Part shown: positions 28,633-38,748 of the stretch, piece by piece | Layout of the letters: each line of letters starts with the position of its first letter | How positions within the stretch are numbered: the stretch's first letter is position 1 | Origin: an uncultured Kangiella sp. | GTDB taxonomy: Bacteria > Pseudomonadota > Gammaproteobacteria > Enterobacterales > Kangiellaceae | Assembly (NCBI GenBank): GCA_964601915.1 | Contig: CAZRPK010000002.1 | Location: 2,000-65,999 of the forward strand | Length of the DNA stretch: 64,000 bases | Direction: 5' to 3' | The notes under the pieces: generated by a model | What the model was told of the DNA's origin: nothing | The model's input: the letters and a program-made list of their open reading frames with translations, nothing else | The model's database searches: none | Position numbers and translations under genes: made by a program

Positions 28633-29742
28633 CTATTGGTATTTTTGCTTACACTTTCTTAGTGAATCTTCGACCTTAAATCGTATTAAGTTTTTTCGTA
28701 ATCGATATGACGGCATTAAATAGTCGTTAGTCGCAAGGCTTTTTTTGTAACTCATATCGCCAACTAACATATCATAACTATTAAGATCTTCAGATGCATA
28801 TAAATTTACCGCCAGTAAATGGCATATTAGGCCGGGTCGAAATACATTTCCGGCTTGATATTGAAATCCGCTTTGATAGAAGTAAACCCGCTTTTTATAG
28901 ATAAAGTTATAAAGACAACCGATAATTTTATTTCCACAGTATATTGTCAAGAGATCAATTTTGTTAGTTACATGATATTTTTTGATTAACCGATCATGGA
29001 ACACTTTGGAAAAACCGCCACAGAACGAACTCGATTGTCCTTTATTTATCCAGCTTTCTTGATGCATCTTTTTTAAATGATAAAAGGTATCCGCGACTTT
29101 TTTAGGGCTGTCGGCTCGCTCGATTTTAATACGACCATTTTTTTCATAAGCTCTTATAGATCGCCTAATCTGGGAACGTTTATTGGAGCTGAGCATAGGC
29201 AGAAGATCACCACCAAGCTGTCTAACTTTTTCTAAATCTACAGCATAGCCTCTATCTTGTTCTTCGATACGATGGTTAAATTGCTGGTTGCTTAATGAAA
29301 AATATTTGCTTTGTCCTTGCTCGATAAACCCTGCAATGAGTTCACTCCATCCATTGGTCCCTTGAAAGACACTTGTAAAGTCACTTTTTATAAATGTTCG
29401 AGTTGCCAAAATACCGTTATATTCAACAGTTATCGAATCTTTGTCTCGGTCGCCTGTTTTATTAAGGTAGGCACGGGTGCAATAAGTTATCTTGTTATCA
29501 AGTCCTCGTTTGAGTCCGATAAAATAACAAAAGACCGTCGATTCTTCCAACGTGGCATAAACGAGCAAAATATTTTGATCATTTGATAAACAATTAAGCC
29601 AGTTTTCCATCCATACCCATGATAAATAGAAGGAGTTATCGGCATTTTTTTCGACTTCTTGCCAAATGTTTTTGGCTAATTCGTAATCATCGAAAGGATT
29701 TATCTGGTGAAATGTTAAATCGGAACGCGACATGTTGCTCAT
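28633..29742 (-). CDS. GNAT-superfamily, FemAB/CelD (BioF2-like, Acetyltransf_6) type transferase
   Basis: 369 aa. 'FYLSWVWMENWL' N-terminus and C-terminal block 'IIGCLYNFIYKKRVYFYQSGFQY...RPGLICHLLAV...YDMLVGDMSYKKSL' are typical of this family. Confidence 0.65.
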   Translation of the reverse strand: MSNMSRSDLTFHQINPFDDYELAKNIWQEVEKNADNSFYLSWVWMENWLNCLSNDQNILLVYATLEESTVFCYFIGLKRGLDNKITYCTRAYLNKTGDRDKDSITVEYNGILATRTFIKSDFTSVFQGTNGWSELIAGFIEQGQSKYFSLSNQQFNHRIEEQDRGYAVDLEKVRQLGGDLLPMLSSNKRSQIRRSIRAYEKNGRIKIERADSPKKVADTFYHLKKMHQESWINKGQSSSFCGGFSKVFHDRLIKKYHVTNKIDLLTIYCGNKIIGCLYNFIYKKRVYFYQSGFQYQAGNVFRPGLICHLLAVNLYASEDLNSYDMLVGDMSYKKSLATNDYLMPSYRLRKNLIRFKVEDSLRKCKQKYQ

Positions 29743-29813
29743 TGATCCCTAACCATTACTAAATTGATTTAACTAACACTATGATCATATATCAGTAACG
29801 GAAAACTTAAAAC

Positions 29814-30224
29814 CTATCTCTCAATAAATTTAGAGGAAATATCTGATAATTCACTTTCTATGCCTAATGAGTTAACGGCTGTAACTGCAAAATAATAAGT
29901 TTGTTCTATGGTTAAGTTCTCTATCACCTTATTCAAAGTCGAGGCTGAACCAATTGTAACAGTTTGTGATAGTTCATTTTCAGAAATTCCATAATAGATT
30001 TTAAAACTGACAAGATCCGTTAATTTACTGTCATCTGTATTTTCTGTAGGAGAAGTCCAAGATAAAATTGCAACGCCATAATCTATATTTTCTGGTGTTT
30101 CTTCAGTGATTAGCGCTTCTATTTTCCCGCCATCACCGCAAGCGGTTAAAAACACGAGCACTAGCAAGATAAATGAAATAGTGACAATTTGAAGGTAGGG
30201 GTTTAAATATCTGTTTATAAACAT
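29814..30224 (-). CDS. Small lipoprotein with a single fibronectin type III-like domain
   Basis: Internal ATG gives 'MFINRYL...LLVLVFLTACGDG' (lipobox). The FN3 domain 'ILSWTSPTENTDDSKLTDLVSFKIYYG...YYFAVTAVNSLGIESELS' is a paralogue of the C-terminus of the next gene. Confidence 0.6.
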   Translation of the reverse strand: MFINRYLNPYLQIVTISFILLVLVFLTACGDGGKIEALITEETPENIDYGVAILSWTSPTENTDDSKLTDLVSFKIYYGISENELSQTVTIGSASTLNKVIENLTIEQTYYFAVTAVNSLGIESELSDISSKFIER

Positions 30225-30838
30225 CGTTATTACCGAATAATAATGGAATTGGTGATTGGAAATGAGTGATGACAATTTATGCTCATTATATCGGGTAACG
30301 CCTGATTTATTGCTCAAAATTGAAATTTTTGTAAGCTAGCGTTCATAAAAGAGCATGTTTTTAATCGTCAATTAGCTATCAATATAGCCCGATTTTAACA
30401 TAGTTTGCTGAAATTAGTTTGTTTTAGAAAATTAATTAACTGATATATTCAAGTCAAAGCAAGTTGCAGGATTTAGCAAGGTCGCAAAACGTCTAATGTT
30501 ATCTACTCCGGCTAGTCATATTCTGCCAAAACAAGTATTTAAAGCGAGGAAATTACATCTTTTTCCGCATTATTTTTATATGTAATTCTTATTAATCAAT
30601 TAGTTACGAATATTTTTACCGAGATTTGCTGACTAATACCCCTGAATCTCATTATAGAAAAAATCTAAAAATAAGAAAGGCTTGGCTGTATGATAATGAG
30701 CTGAGGGGATGGTAATTTGTGTGATAGACGACTACAGGGTGTCTATGTAAAAACAAAACATTACCCAATGCTCTATATATATGAATAAGAATTCAGACCC
30801 CGCCAACTCTGACTTAAGCATAGTGCTTGAATCTCAAA

Positions 30839-32098
30839 TCAGCTCTCGATAAATTTGGATGAAATATCAGATTTTTCACTTTCAACACCTTGCTCGTTAA
30901 TCGCTGTGACAGCAAAGTAATAAGTTCGCCCTGTGTTTAGGTTTCTTATAGTAGAGGTGGTTTTACTTGAATCTATGGTGATTGTGTGCACCAATTCATT
31001 TTCAGATTCACCATAGTATATTTTGAAACTGGCCAAATCTGTTAATGTGCTATCATCAGTATTTTCTGTTGGCGGTGTCCAAGATAAAGTGGCAACGCCA
31101 TAAGTGTTATCATCATTAATACTGAAGTTTACATTGTTTGCTGATGTTTGATCGCCCGAATCTTTTATTGTTGCAGTGATAATGTGATCACCTAGGCTAA
31201 GTTGGGCTGTAATTTCGGAACCTGAACCTAAACTTTCATCAATATTGGACAACCATTCAATATTATTACTAATATCGCCATCTTCTATATCATTAGCGGT
31301 CGCGGTGAATATTGTAAATTCTCCTAGATTCTGACTGCCATTATTGATTGGTGATGTTATATTTATAACTGGTACGTTATTGTCTGTGTTCGCATTCACC
31401 AACACACTAATCGAGTCAGTTGCGCTGGCGCCATTATTGTCAGTCACCGTCACGCTAAAGGATAAAACTTCTGAACCAGATCCTACCATCGGCGCAGTAA
31501 AAGAAGCATTCGCAAAGTTAGAGTTTACTAAATTAACGTCAGTACCATCCATTTGAATCCAAGCGTAAAAGTCGACCGTACCATCACGATCACTTGCTTC
31601 CGCATTTAACTGAACAAAAGTTTGTTCATTGATATTTATGTCATCACCTGCATTGACTTCTGGGGGAGCATTTGAAACAGGTTGGCTAACGGTGATTGTG
31701 ACAGAATCAGTTGCACTGGCGCCCTTGTCATCTGTTGCTGTGATTTGAAAGGTTAGTCGTATTTGTGATTCACCATTAGTAGAAGGTGCGATAAAAGAAG
31801 CATTCGCAAAATTCGAATTTATTAAATTAACCGCAGTACCGCTTGTTTGAACCCAAATGTAGGATTCAATAGTACCATCACTATCACTTGCAGAAGCATT
31901 AATTGCTACACTCTGATCCGTCAAAGTCGATAGATCTTGTCCAGCATTAACGGATGGTGCATTATTGGAAATTAGTTGTATTTTTTCTACTTCACTCGAT
32001 CCTCCTCCACATGCCGACAATAGTAAAAGGCCGAGTATTATAAGAGTGGTTATTAAGCTGTTAAGGTTGAAGCTATTTGAAGAAATAATATTCATCAT
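30839..32098 (-). CDS. Lipoprotein with tandem PKD/Ig-like repeats and a C-terminal FN3 domain
   Basis: Lipobox 'LLLSACGGG'. Two about 95-aa repeats ('NAGQDL...SASDSDGTIESYIWVQTSGTAVNLINSNFANASFIAPS' and 'NAGDDI...EASDRDGTVDFYAWIQMDGTDVNLVNSNFANASFTAPM'), then 'LSWTPPTENTDDSTLTDLASFKIYYG'. Confidence 0.7.
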   Translation of the reverse strand: MMNIISSNSFNLNSLITTLIILGLLLLSACGGGSSEVEKIQLISNNAPSVNAGQDLSTLTDQSVAINASASDSDGTIESYIWVQTSGTAVNLINSNFANASFIAPSTNGESQIRLTFQITATDDKGASATDSVTITVSQPVSNAPPEVNAGDDININEQTFVQLNAEASDRDGTVDFYAWIQMDGTDVNLVNSNFANASFTAPMVGSGSEVLSFSVTVTDNNGASATDSISVLVNANTDNNVPVINITSPINNGSQNLGEFTIFTATANDIEDGDISNNIEWLSNIDESLGSGSEITAQLSLGDHIITATIKDSGDQTSANNVNFSINDDNTYGVATLSWTPPTENTDDSTLTDLASFKIYYGESENELVHTITIDSSKTTSTIRNLNTGRTYYFAVTAINEQGVESEKSDISSKFIES

Positions 32099-32410
32099 TT
32101 GTCACCAAAAATAGAAAATATTTGCAAATGTAAATGGGGTACAGCAAACTCCCTTGAGTACAAATTGTATCGGTAGTTCTCATAACTCTTGATGTTGTGT
32201 TAATAGGAATGAGGGGTGCGTCACAGTATTAAGAAGGTTTTATTCTAAAATGTGAAGTGGCGCATAGTAGAATGATTTGATAGGAATGTTTCCTAAATTA
32301 GATCCCTCTTAGGATATGCCCTTTAACTATTTGAATATCATAGGATAATCGTCTACTTCGTTGTGGAAAATTACTAATTTAATCCCCTGAAAAAAGTGAT
32401 GAACAGATTT

Positions 32411-32734
32411 TTATCGCTCTAGCTTATCCAACTTACCCTTTACCCCATCCCACTTTTTTGCCTCAGGTAACGGTTCTTTCATTTCGGTAATATTATCCCA
32501 TTTTTGTGCCAACTCGGCATTGAGTGCAATAAATGATTCTTGGCCGTCTGGCAAATCATCTTCTTCAAATATGGCTTCAGCAGGGCATTCGGGTTCACAT
32601 AGTGCGCAATCAATACATTCATCTGGATCGATAACCAAAAAATTGGGACCTTCATAAAAGCAATCTACCGGGCAAACTTCAACACAGTCAGTATATTTGC
32701 ACAGTATGCAGTTGTCAGTCACGACAAATGTCAT
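32411..32734 (-). CDS. fdxA: Ferredoxin, 7Fe (3Fe-4S + 4Fe-4S) Azotobacter FdxA type
   Basis: '[51 protein letters not shown]', 107 aa. Confidence 0.95.
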   Translation of the reverse strand: MTFVVTDNCILCKYTDCVEVCPVDCFYEGPNFLVIDPDECIDCALCEPECPAEAIFEEDDLPDGQESFIALNAELAQKWDNITEMKEPLPEAKKWDGVKGKLDKLER

Positions 32735-32752
32735 TGATTTTCTCCAATGGGC

Positions 32753-35365
32753 TTAACTTAGCCGAGTCAGTTTGTAGATTAATTCTAGCGCATTTTTCGG
32801 CGATAGTTCGTCGGGATTGGTATTTTCCAGTATTTCCAGACGAGGGTCGAGAGATTCTGGCTGACTGAGCTCATTTAATTGACTTGAATCATCCCGCGAA
32901 CTGCGGTTAGAAGTTGTTTCGAGATGAACTTGGTATTCTCGGGCTTGGTTAGTCACGGATTGGGGGATCCCTGCAATGGTCGCAACATGTATTCCGTAAC
33001 TCTTGCTGGTTGGCCCCTGATGTACTTGGTGATCTAACATTAATTTATCGCCATGCTGGATTGCGCCAAAATGAAGATTTTTGATGTGTTCATCTTTTCG
33101 GCTCATATCCGTAAGTTCAAAGTAATGGGTTGCAAACAATGTATAGGGCGAAATTTTCTTACTGAGATAGTCCAATGTTGAGTAGGCAAGAGCTAAACCG
33201 TCGTAAGTACTGGTTCCTCGTCCAATTTCATCGAGTAGAACTAGACTTTGTGAAGTGGCATTATTGAGAATGTTAGCTGTTTCACTCATTTCGACCATAA
33301 ATGTAGAACGACCACCCGCTAAGTCGTCTGATGCGCCTATACGGGTGAATATTGCGTCTAATAGAGGGATTTGCGCCGACTCTGCCGGTACAAAACAACC
33401 GCAATGAGCGAGTAACGCAATGATGGCCGTCATACGCATATAGGTCGATTTGCCGCCCATATTCGGGCCAGTAATAATTAAGCTCTTAACATGCTGCTTA
33501 ATATCCACATCATTGGCAATAAATTGTTCCGATTGATAGGCTTCAACCACTGGATGACGGCCGTGTTTTATCAACAGAGACTGATCAGATTGCGATGGGT
33601 TTAAAATAGTCGGTTTTATATAATTGTTTTGTACGGCGACAAAAGCAAAACATTGTAAAACGTCCAAATGTGACAAATTATAAGCTGTTTCCTGTAGTGC
33701 CTCGATTGAGGGTGCCAGTTTTTCGACAAGCTGCTGATAGAGTTGTTTTTCTAGAGTTAGTGCTTTCGCTTGGGCGCTGAGCACTTTGTCCTCAAGTTGT
33801 TTTAATTCATGAGTGATAAAACGTTCAGCATTTTTTAGTGTTTGCCGCCGTGTATAGCGAGCGGGTGCTTGTTCAGATTGTGCTTTGGATATTTCTATAA
33901 AGAATCCGTGCACACGATTATATCCGACCTTTAGAGTGTTTATTCCGGTTTGCTCTCGCTCTCTTTGTTCCATTTCTTCGAGTAGTGTCTCTGCGTTGTT
34001 TGACAAAAATCTGAGTTCGTCCAACTCTTGATGATAGCCATCTTTAATGACCTTTCCATCTCTAAGCACCACTGGCGGATTCTCGAAGATCGCTCTCTCT
34101 AACAGCTCATAAATATCCTGATGAAAGGGGAGTCCTTCAGACAGTTCTTTTAGGATCGGGTCTCCCGATTGGTTTAATAACTGGAATAGTATTGGTATTG
34201 CATTCAAGCTTTCTCTTAGCCCGGTTAAATCACGAGGTCTACAGGTATTTAGAGCAATACGGGTCAGTATTCTTTGCATATCTCTGATCGGTAACATTCC
34301 ACTCCGAAGGGCCTCAAGATCTTGGCTCTTGGTGAGCGCTTCAACGGCATCTAATCGATGATTAATGGCTTGCCTGTTGATTAGGGGAGCATGTAGCCAC
34401 GTTTTAAGCAATCTTGTACCCATGGCTGTTTTGCAATGATTAATGACATTAAAAAGAGTGACTTCATTGTCTGCAAAGATGTTTTCGGTTATTTCCAGAT
34501 GCTTACGGGTAAAGGTGTTCAGTTGCAAAATATGGTTGTTATCGAAAGGTGAAAGCTTTTTAATATGGGGTAGTTGGTTTTGCTGAGTTAGGGTGGCGTA
34601 ATTTAGTACCGCTCCAGCCGCGCATATAGCACTTGTCATATCATTACAGCCAAAGCCACTAAGGTCTGTCACAGCAAAATGGTTGATCAATTGTTGATAG
34701 TTTTGCTGGTGGTCAAATTGCCAGTCTTGTAATACTTTGGTCACTAAGTTTCTTTGTTTGAGCAAAGGACAAAACGATTCTTCTGCCAGTATTTCAGCGG
34801 GTTTTAGTCGTGCTAGCTCACTCAATAATCCATCGATTTCGGAAAAGTGATTGCAGAAAAATTGACCACCAGCCAGATCCATCCAAGCCAAACCGAATAA
34901 TTGGGGTGTCTTGCCTGATTTTGAGCGGTAAACTGCAGCGAGTAAATTTTCTGAATGGTCTTCTAAAAGCGATTCTTCACTTAAGGTACCAGGGGTTATC
35001 ACTCTAACCACTTTTCTCTCTACGGGTCCCTTACTTGTTGCAGGATCGCCAATCTGCTCACATATGGCTACGGATCTTCCTTGTTTGACCAAACGGGCAA
35101 GGTAATTATCCACCGCGTGAAAGGGAACGCCAGCCATGGGGATAGGGTCACCATTGGCTTTACCCCGATGGGTTAAAGTGATCCCTAACCAATCGGAAGC
35201 TTTTTTGGCGTCATCAAAAAATAATTCATAAAAATCACCCATGCGGTAGAAAAGAAGAATTTCTGGATGTTGTGATTTAATCGCCAAATATTGGCACATC
35301 ATCGGTGTATGATCCGAGGTGTTTTTATTGGATGCTTTCACTGTTTTTTCAATAACTAGATTCAT
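32753..35365 (-). CDS. mutS: DNA mismatch repair protein MutS
   Basis: 870 aa. '[34 protein letters not shown]', Walker A '[12 protein letters not shown]', '[14 protein letters not shown]'. Confidence 0.97.
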   Translation of the reverse strand: MNLVIEKTVKASNKNTSDHTPMMCQYLAIKSQHPEILLFYRMGDFYELFFDDAKKASDWLGITLTHRGKANGDPIPMAGVPFHAVDNYLARLVKQGRSVAICEQIGDPATSKGPVERKVVRVITPGTLSEESLLEDHSENLLAAVYRSKSGKTPQLFGLAWMDLAGGQFFCNHFSEIDGLLSELARLKPAEILAEESFCPLLKQRNLVTKVLQDWQFDHQQNYQQLINHFAVTDLSGFGCNDMTSAICAAGAVLNYATLTQQNQLPHIKKLSPFDNNHILQLNTFTRKHLEITENIFADNEVTLFNVINHCKTAMGTRLLKTWLHAPLINRQAINHRLDAVEALTKSQDLEALRSGMLPIRDMQRILTRIALNTCRPRDLTGLRESLNAIPILFQLLNQSGDPILKELSEGLPFHQDIYELLERAIFENPPVVLRDGKVIKDGYHQELDELRFLSNNAETLLEEMEQREREQTGINTLKVGYNRVHGFFIEISKAQSEQAPARYTRRQTLKNAERFITHELKQLEDKVLSAQAKALTLEKQLYQQLVEKLAPSIEALQETAYNLSHLDVLQCFAFVAVQNNYIKPTILNPSQSDQSLLIKHGRHPVVEAYQSEQFIANDVDIKQHVKSLIITGPNMGGKSTYMRMTAIIALLAHCGCFVPAESAQIPLLDAIFTRIGASDDLAGGRSTFMVEMSETANILNNATSQSLVLLDEIGRGTSTYDGLALAYSTLDYLSKKISPYTLFATHYFELTDMSRKDEHIKNLHFGAIQHGDKLMLDHQVHQGPTSKSYGIHVATIAGIPQSVTNQAREYQVHLETTSNRSSRDDSSQLNELSQPESLDPRLEILENTNPDELSPKNALELIYKLTRLS

Positions 35366-35476
35366 AATCGAGATTTTACTGGAAATCGATAGGAAACCAA
35401 ATAGAATAATGGAAATAGATTGTGGAAGATTGCTTATATGGGATAGTTTATGAGAGATCGTTCATAGGAAAGAGTT

Positions 35477-35953
35477 ATGAAATCGTTAGTATCCAAATTA
35501 TCGGTCCGTCTTATCTTTAAGCATCTTAAGTTGGTAACGGTCGAATCTTGCACTGGAGGATTAATGGGTAAGGTTATGACTGATATTGCTGGGAGTTCTG
35601 ATTGGTATGAAGCCGGGTTTATCACCTATAGTAATCGCGCTAAGAATGAACTCGTTAATGTACCGGAAACATTAATCGATCATTATGGCGCAGTATCAAT
35701 CGAAGTAGCCGAAGCGATGGTAAAAGGTGCCGCTATGCAATTTGCTGATTGCGTTTGTGTCTCGGTAACCGGCATTGCCGGGCCGGGAGGTGGAACTCCT
35801 GATAAGCCCGTTGGTACTGTTTGTATTGCTTGCCTCTATTCTTCAGAACTCAAAACTAGAAAGTTTAATTTTGCAGGAAACCGGGACGACATTAGAAAAC
35901 AAACAGTCCAACAAGCATTAGAAATGCTTCTTTCTATGGATTTAAAAAAATAA
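35477..35953 (+). CDS. pncC: Nicotinamide-nucleotide amidohydrolase PncC (CinA C-terminal domain protein)
   Basis: 'LVTVESCTGGLMGKVMTDIAGSSDWYEAGFITYSN', 'VSVTGIAGPGGG', 158 aa. Confidence 0.9.
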   Translation: MKSLVSKLSVRLIFKHLKLVTVESCTGGLMGKVMTDIAGSSDWYEAGFITYSNRAKNELVNVPETLIDHYGAVSIEVAEAMVKGAAMQFADCVCVSVTGIAGPGGGTPDKPVGTVCIACLYSSELKTRKFNFAGNRDDIRKQTVQQALEMLLSMDLKK

Positions 35954-36001
35954 GTGCTCCTTAGAACCTAAAACTCAATTTAGCGATGCTAAAATTTTCT
36001 A

Positions 36002-37042
36002 TTATTGACCTACAGAAATGCGTTTTCTAGCTAATTCGTCTGCGACCACATTGGTGGTTTTCCCTTCGCTTTCTGCAGCACCAAAAATTTCAGTTAGTGT
36101 GCCGTAAATTTCATCCACTTTATCCAAAGCGTCTTGCTTTTTGTAACCACCTTCTTGATGTTCAAAAGAAACATTAATAATACCTCCCGCGTTGATCACA
36201 TAGTCTGGAGTGTATAAAATACCTTTTTGTTTCAGTATGTCACCGTGCCGATCTTCCGAAAGCTGATTGTTTGCCGCGCCGGCAATAATAGAGCATTTTA
36301 GTTGTGGGATGGTGACATCGTTGATTGATGCACCGAGCGCACACGGTGCGTAAACGTCTACATCTTGACAATAAATATCATCAATATCCACTGCTGTTGC
36401 ACCTAAATTACTGACAACTCGTTCGATAGTTTCTTTATTGATATCGGTAACGACAAGCTGTGCACCTTCATTTTTTAGATGCTCACACAAGTAATATCCA
36501 ACGTGACCTAAACCTTGTACGGCGACTTTTAAACCCTCTAAATCATCGCGTCCTAAACGATGTTTAACCGCGGCTTTCATACCCTTAAAAACACCATAAG
36601 CGGTTACTGGAGATGGATCACCACTTTTACCTTTGAGACCTGCCACATGATTAGTTTCTTTATGAACAATAGCCATATCGTCAGGATTGATCCCCACGTC
36701 TTCAGCGGAGATATATTGACCATTCAAGTTTTCGATAAAACGACCAAAAGCCCTAAACAATGCTTCGGATTTCATGGTTTTAGAATTGCCAATAATAACG
36801 GATTTGCCACCGCCCATTTTTAGTCCAGCCAATGCATTTTTGTAACTCATCCCACGCGATAAACGTAAAGCATCGATTAACGCACCTTCGTCAGAGTTAT
36901 ATTCCCACATTCGACAACCACCAACGGCGGGTCCTAGTGCTGTTGAATGAATACTGATAATCGCTTTTAAGCCTGATTCTACATCTCGACAAAATACAAT
37001 TTGTTCGTGATCATCATAAGCTCGTAAGTTAAATACCGCCAT
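36002..37042 (-). CDS. Leucine (branched-chain amino acid) dehydrogenase, Glu/Leu/Phe/Val dehydrogenase family
   Basis: '[12 protein letters not shown]', '[11 protein letters not shown]', Rossmann '[13 protein letters not shown]', 346 aa. Confidence 0.85.
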   Translation of the reverse strand: MAVFNLRAYDDHEQIVFCRDVESGLKAIISIHSTALGPAVGGCRMWEYNSDEGALIDALRLSRGMSYKNALAGLKMGGGKSVIIGNSKTMKSEALFRAFGRFIENLNGQYISAEDVGINPDDMAIVHKETNHVAGLKGKSGDPSPVTAYGVFKGMKAAVKHRLGRDDLEGLKVAVQGLGHVGYYLCEHLKNEGAQLVVTDINKETIERVVSNLGATAVDIDDIYCQDVDVYAPCALGASINDVTIPQLKCSIIAGAANNQLSEDRHGDILKQKGILYTPDYVINAGGIINVSFEHQEGGYKKQDALDKVDEIYGTLTEIFGAAESEGKTTNVVADELARKRISVGQ

Positions 37043-37260
37043 GCTTTGCTCCTATTCAATGAAAAATGTGAGGGTTGATATTTTATCTCTCACACCTAAT
37101 TCTGAAATTTATCGTTTATTAATTGAGGTAAACCTAGATTTATTCAGGTTAAAATTTATGCTCTGTGCGAATACTGGTGTATTCCCTCAAAAATCGTATT
37201 GATCTGCCTTCTCATATAAGCTTTTCAGCTATCCGAACAGGCTTTACGCGACGTTAATAG

Positions 37261-37509
37261 TTAGTACTCCCACCAACAACTTTCCCACCAATTGATAAAT
37301 TCATCAAAATCGATATGACCATCCTGATTTTCATCTATGAGTTCAAATCCCTTTTGTGCCTGTTCAAGTGTGGCGGTGGGAGATATTACTCTCAGTAGTT
37401 TAGTAAACTCACCAAGATCAATTTTGCTATTTGAATCACGGTCAAAAAACTCAAAATTTTCTTTAATTTCTGCTAGTTGTTGTGGGGATAGATCTTTTTT
37501 GGTTGTCAT
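37261..37509 (-). CDS. Small EF-hand calcium-binding protein (two EF-hand loops)
   Basis: Loops 'DRDSNSKIDLGEF' and 'DENQDGHIDFDEF' in an 82-aa ORF. Unusual Trp/Cys-rich tail 'WWESCWWEY'. Confidence 0.65.
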   Translation of the reverse strand: MTTKKDLSPQQLAEIKENFEFFDRDSNSKIDLGEFTKLLRVISPTATLEQAQKGFELIDENQDGHIDFDEFINWWESCWWEY

Positions 37510-37537
37510 TTCAATTCTCTGTTAATGATTATGTCAG

Positions 37538-38674
37538 TTATTCTATAATCGTTTCTTCGGCGCGATAATGAATATCGCGATCTTCCAGATAAGCCAAAAT
37601 AAACTTGAAAGCGCCATCGATTGCACCGAGCGTTTCTGGTGCACAAATGCCTGCCTGAAGTTTATTTTTGAGTACAAAGTTGGTCACAGCCGTTGCGGTG
37701 TAACCATTGGATCGAGCCATTGATGATATTTCACTCTGTTTGTCTGACTTATCTAACATGCGGTAAATATAACGTCTTTTTTTGCCGTTTTCATCACCTT
37801 CTATCGTGGTTCTTACTACCGTAAATTCTTCTTCATTACTTGCCAGTTTCCAGTTTTCTTCCAGTATTCTGGCACTGACTTCAATCGGAGAAAACTCAAT
37901 TCCGTTAAGCTCCAAAGGATCCGTCGAGAAAAATCCTGATGCCTTTAAAACTTGGATATATTCACAATGCCCGGGATAACGTAGTGTTTTTTCCTTCATA
38001 TAGGGAATATGATCCATTGTTTTAATTAAGGTTCGTAGGCCGTCAGTATTAAAGGCTTCCAAAGTGCCCACTCGTTTGATTTCCATCAATTCACAATCAC
38101 TTAGCGCCTCTCTTTCCACCACCTCACCATTTTCAACATAACGGGCGGGCCCGGTGTACTCTTGGATGACATCAATCGGCGAAAACAAGGATCTAAAATT
38201 AAACGGCCAATGTCGTTTGACAGGAAGACCGCCAACTAAGCATTCGAATTTGTTGACTTCCATTTTAGTATCTAAATAGCCCAATATTATATTATCCATA
38301 CCTGGCGCAAGACCGCAGTCGACCACCGCGAATACCTTATTCTTTTTAGCTAGATGGTTGAGATCAAAACAATTTTCAGGGAAAAATGAGGCGTCGACCA
38401 CATTTTTTCCGGCCAACAATATCTTTTTTAAGGTGTTAAAGCCAAGATAACCAGGCATTGCGCTAATCACTAAATCAAAATCTTTTACAAGTTCACCATA
38501 GTGTTCTTGTTCAGACAGGTCAAAATTGACCGTATTTACTGCGGGATTCTGTTTTTGGAGTTTTGCCAAGGCTTTTTTGTTTAGATCAACACAGGTTATT
38601 TGGTGCTCACTGGCAAGATCTAAAGCGATTGCCCGACCGATTAAACCTGCACCAAATACAATTATTTTTGACAT
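37538..38674 (-). CDS. Saccharopine dehydrogenase-family NAD(P)-dependent oxidoreductase
   Basis: Rossmann N-terminus 'MSKIIVFGAGLIGRAIALDL' and Sacchrp_dh-type C-terminal domain. GGAG lies upstream of the ATG at 38674; the ORF-track start at 38725 is less likely. Confidence 0.8.
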   Translation of the reverse strand: MSKIIVFGAGLIGRAIALDLASEHQITCVDLNKKALAKLQKQNPAVNTVNFDLSEQEHYGELVKDFDLVISAMPGYLGFNTLKKILLAGKNVVDASFFPENCFDLNHLAKKNKVFAVVDCGLAPGMDNIILGYLDTKMEVNKFECLVGGLPVKRHWPFNFRSLFSPIDVIQEYTGPARYVENGEVVEREALSDCELMEIKRVGTLEAFNTDGLRTLIKTMDHIPYMKEKTLRYPGHCEYIQVLKASGFFSTDPLELNGIEFSPIEVSARILEENWKLASNEEEFTVVRTTIEGDENGKKRRYIYRMLDKSDKQSEISSMARSNGYTATAVTNFVLKNKLQAGICAPETLGAIDGAFKFILAYLEDRDIHYRAEETIIE

Positions 38675-38748
38675 CAATGTCTCCTGAATAAGGGCAAAAT
38701 GATTGGCTGAGCGGAATAGTCGCACGAATGATTGATTGGATAATCCAT

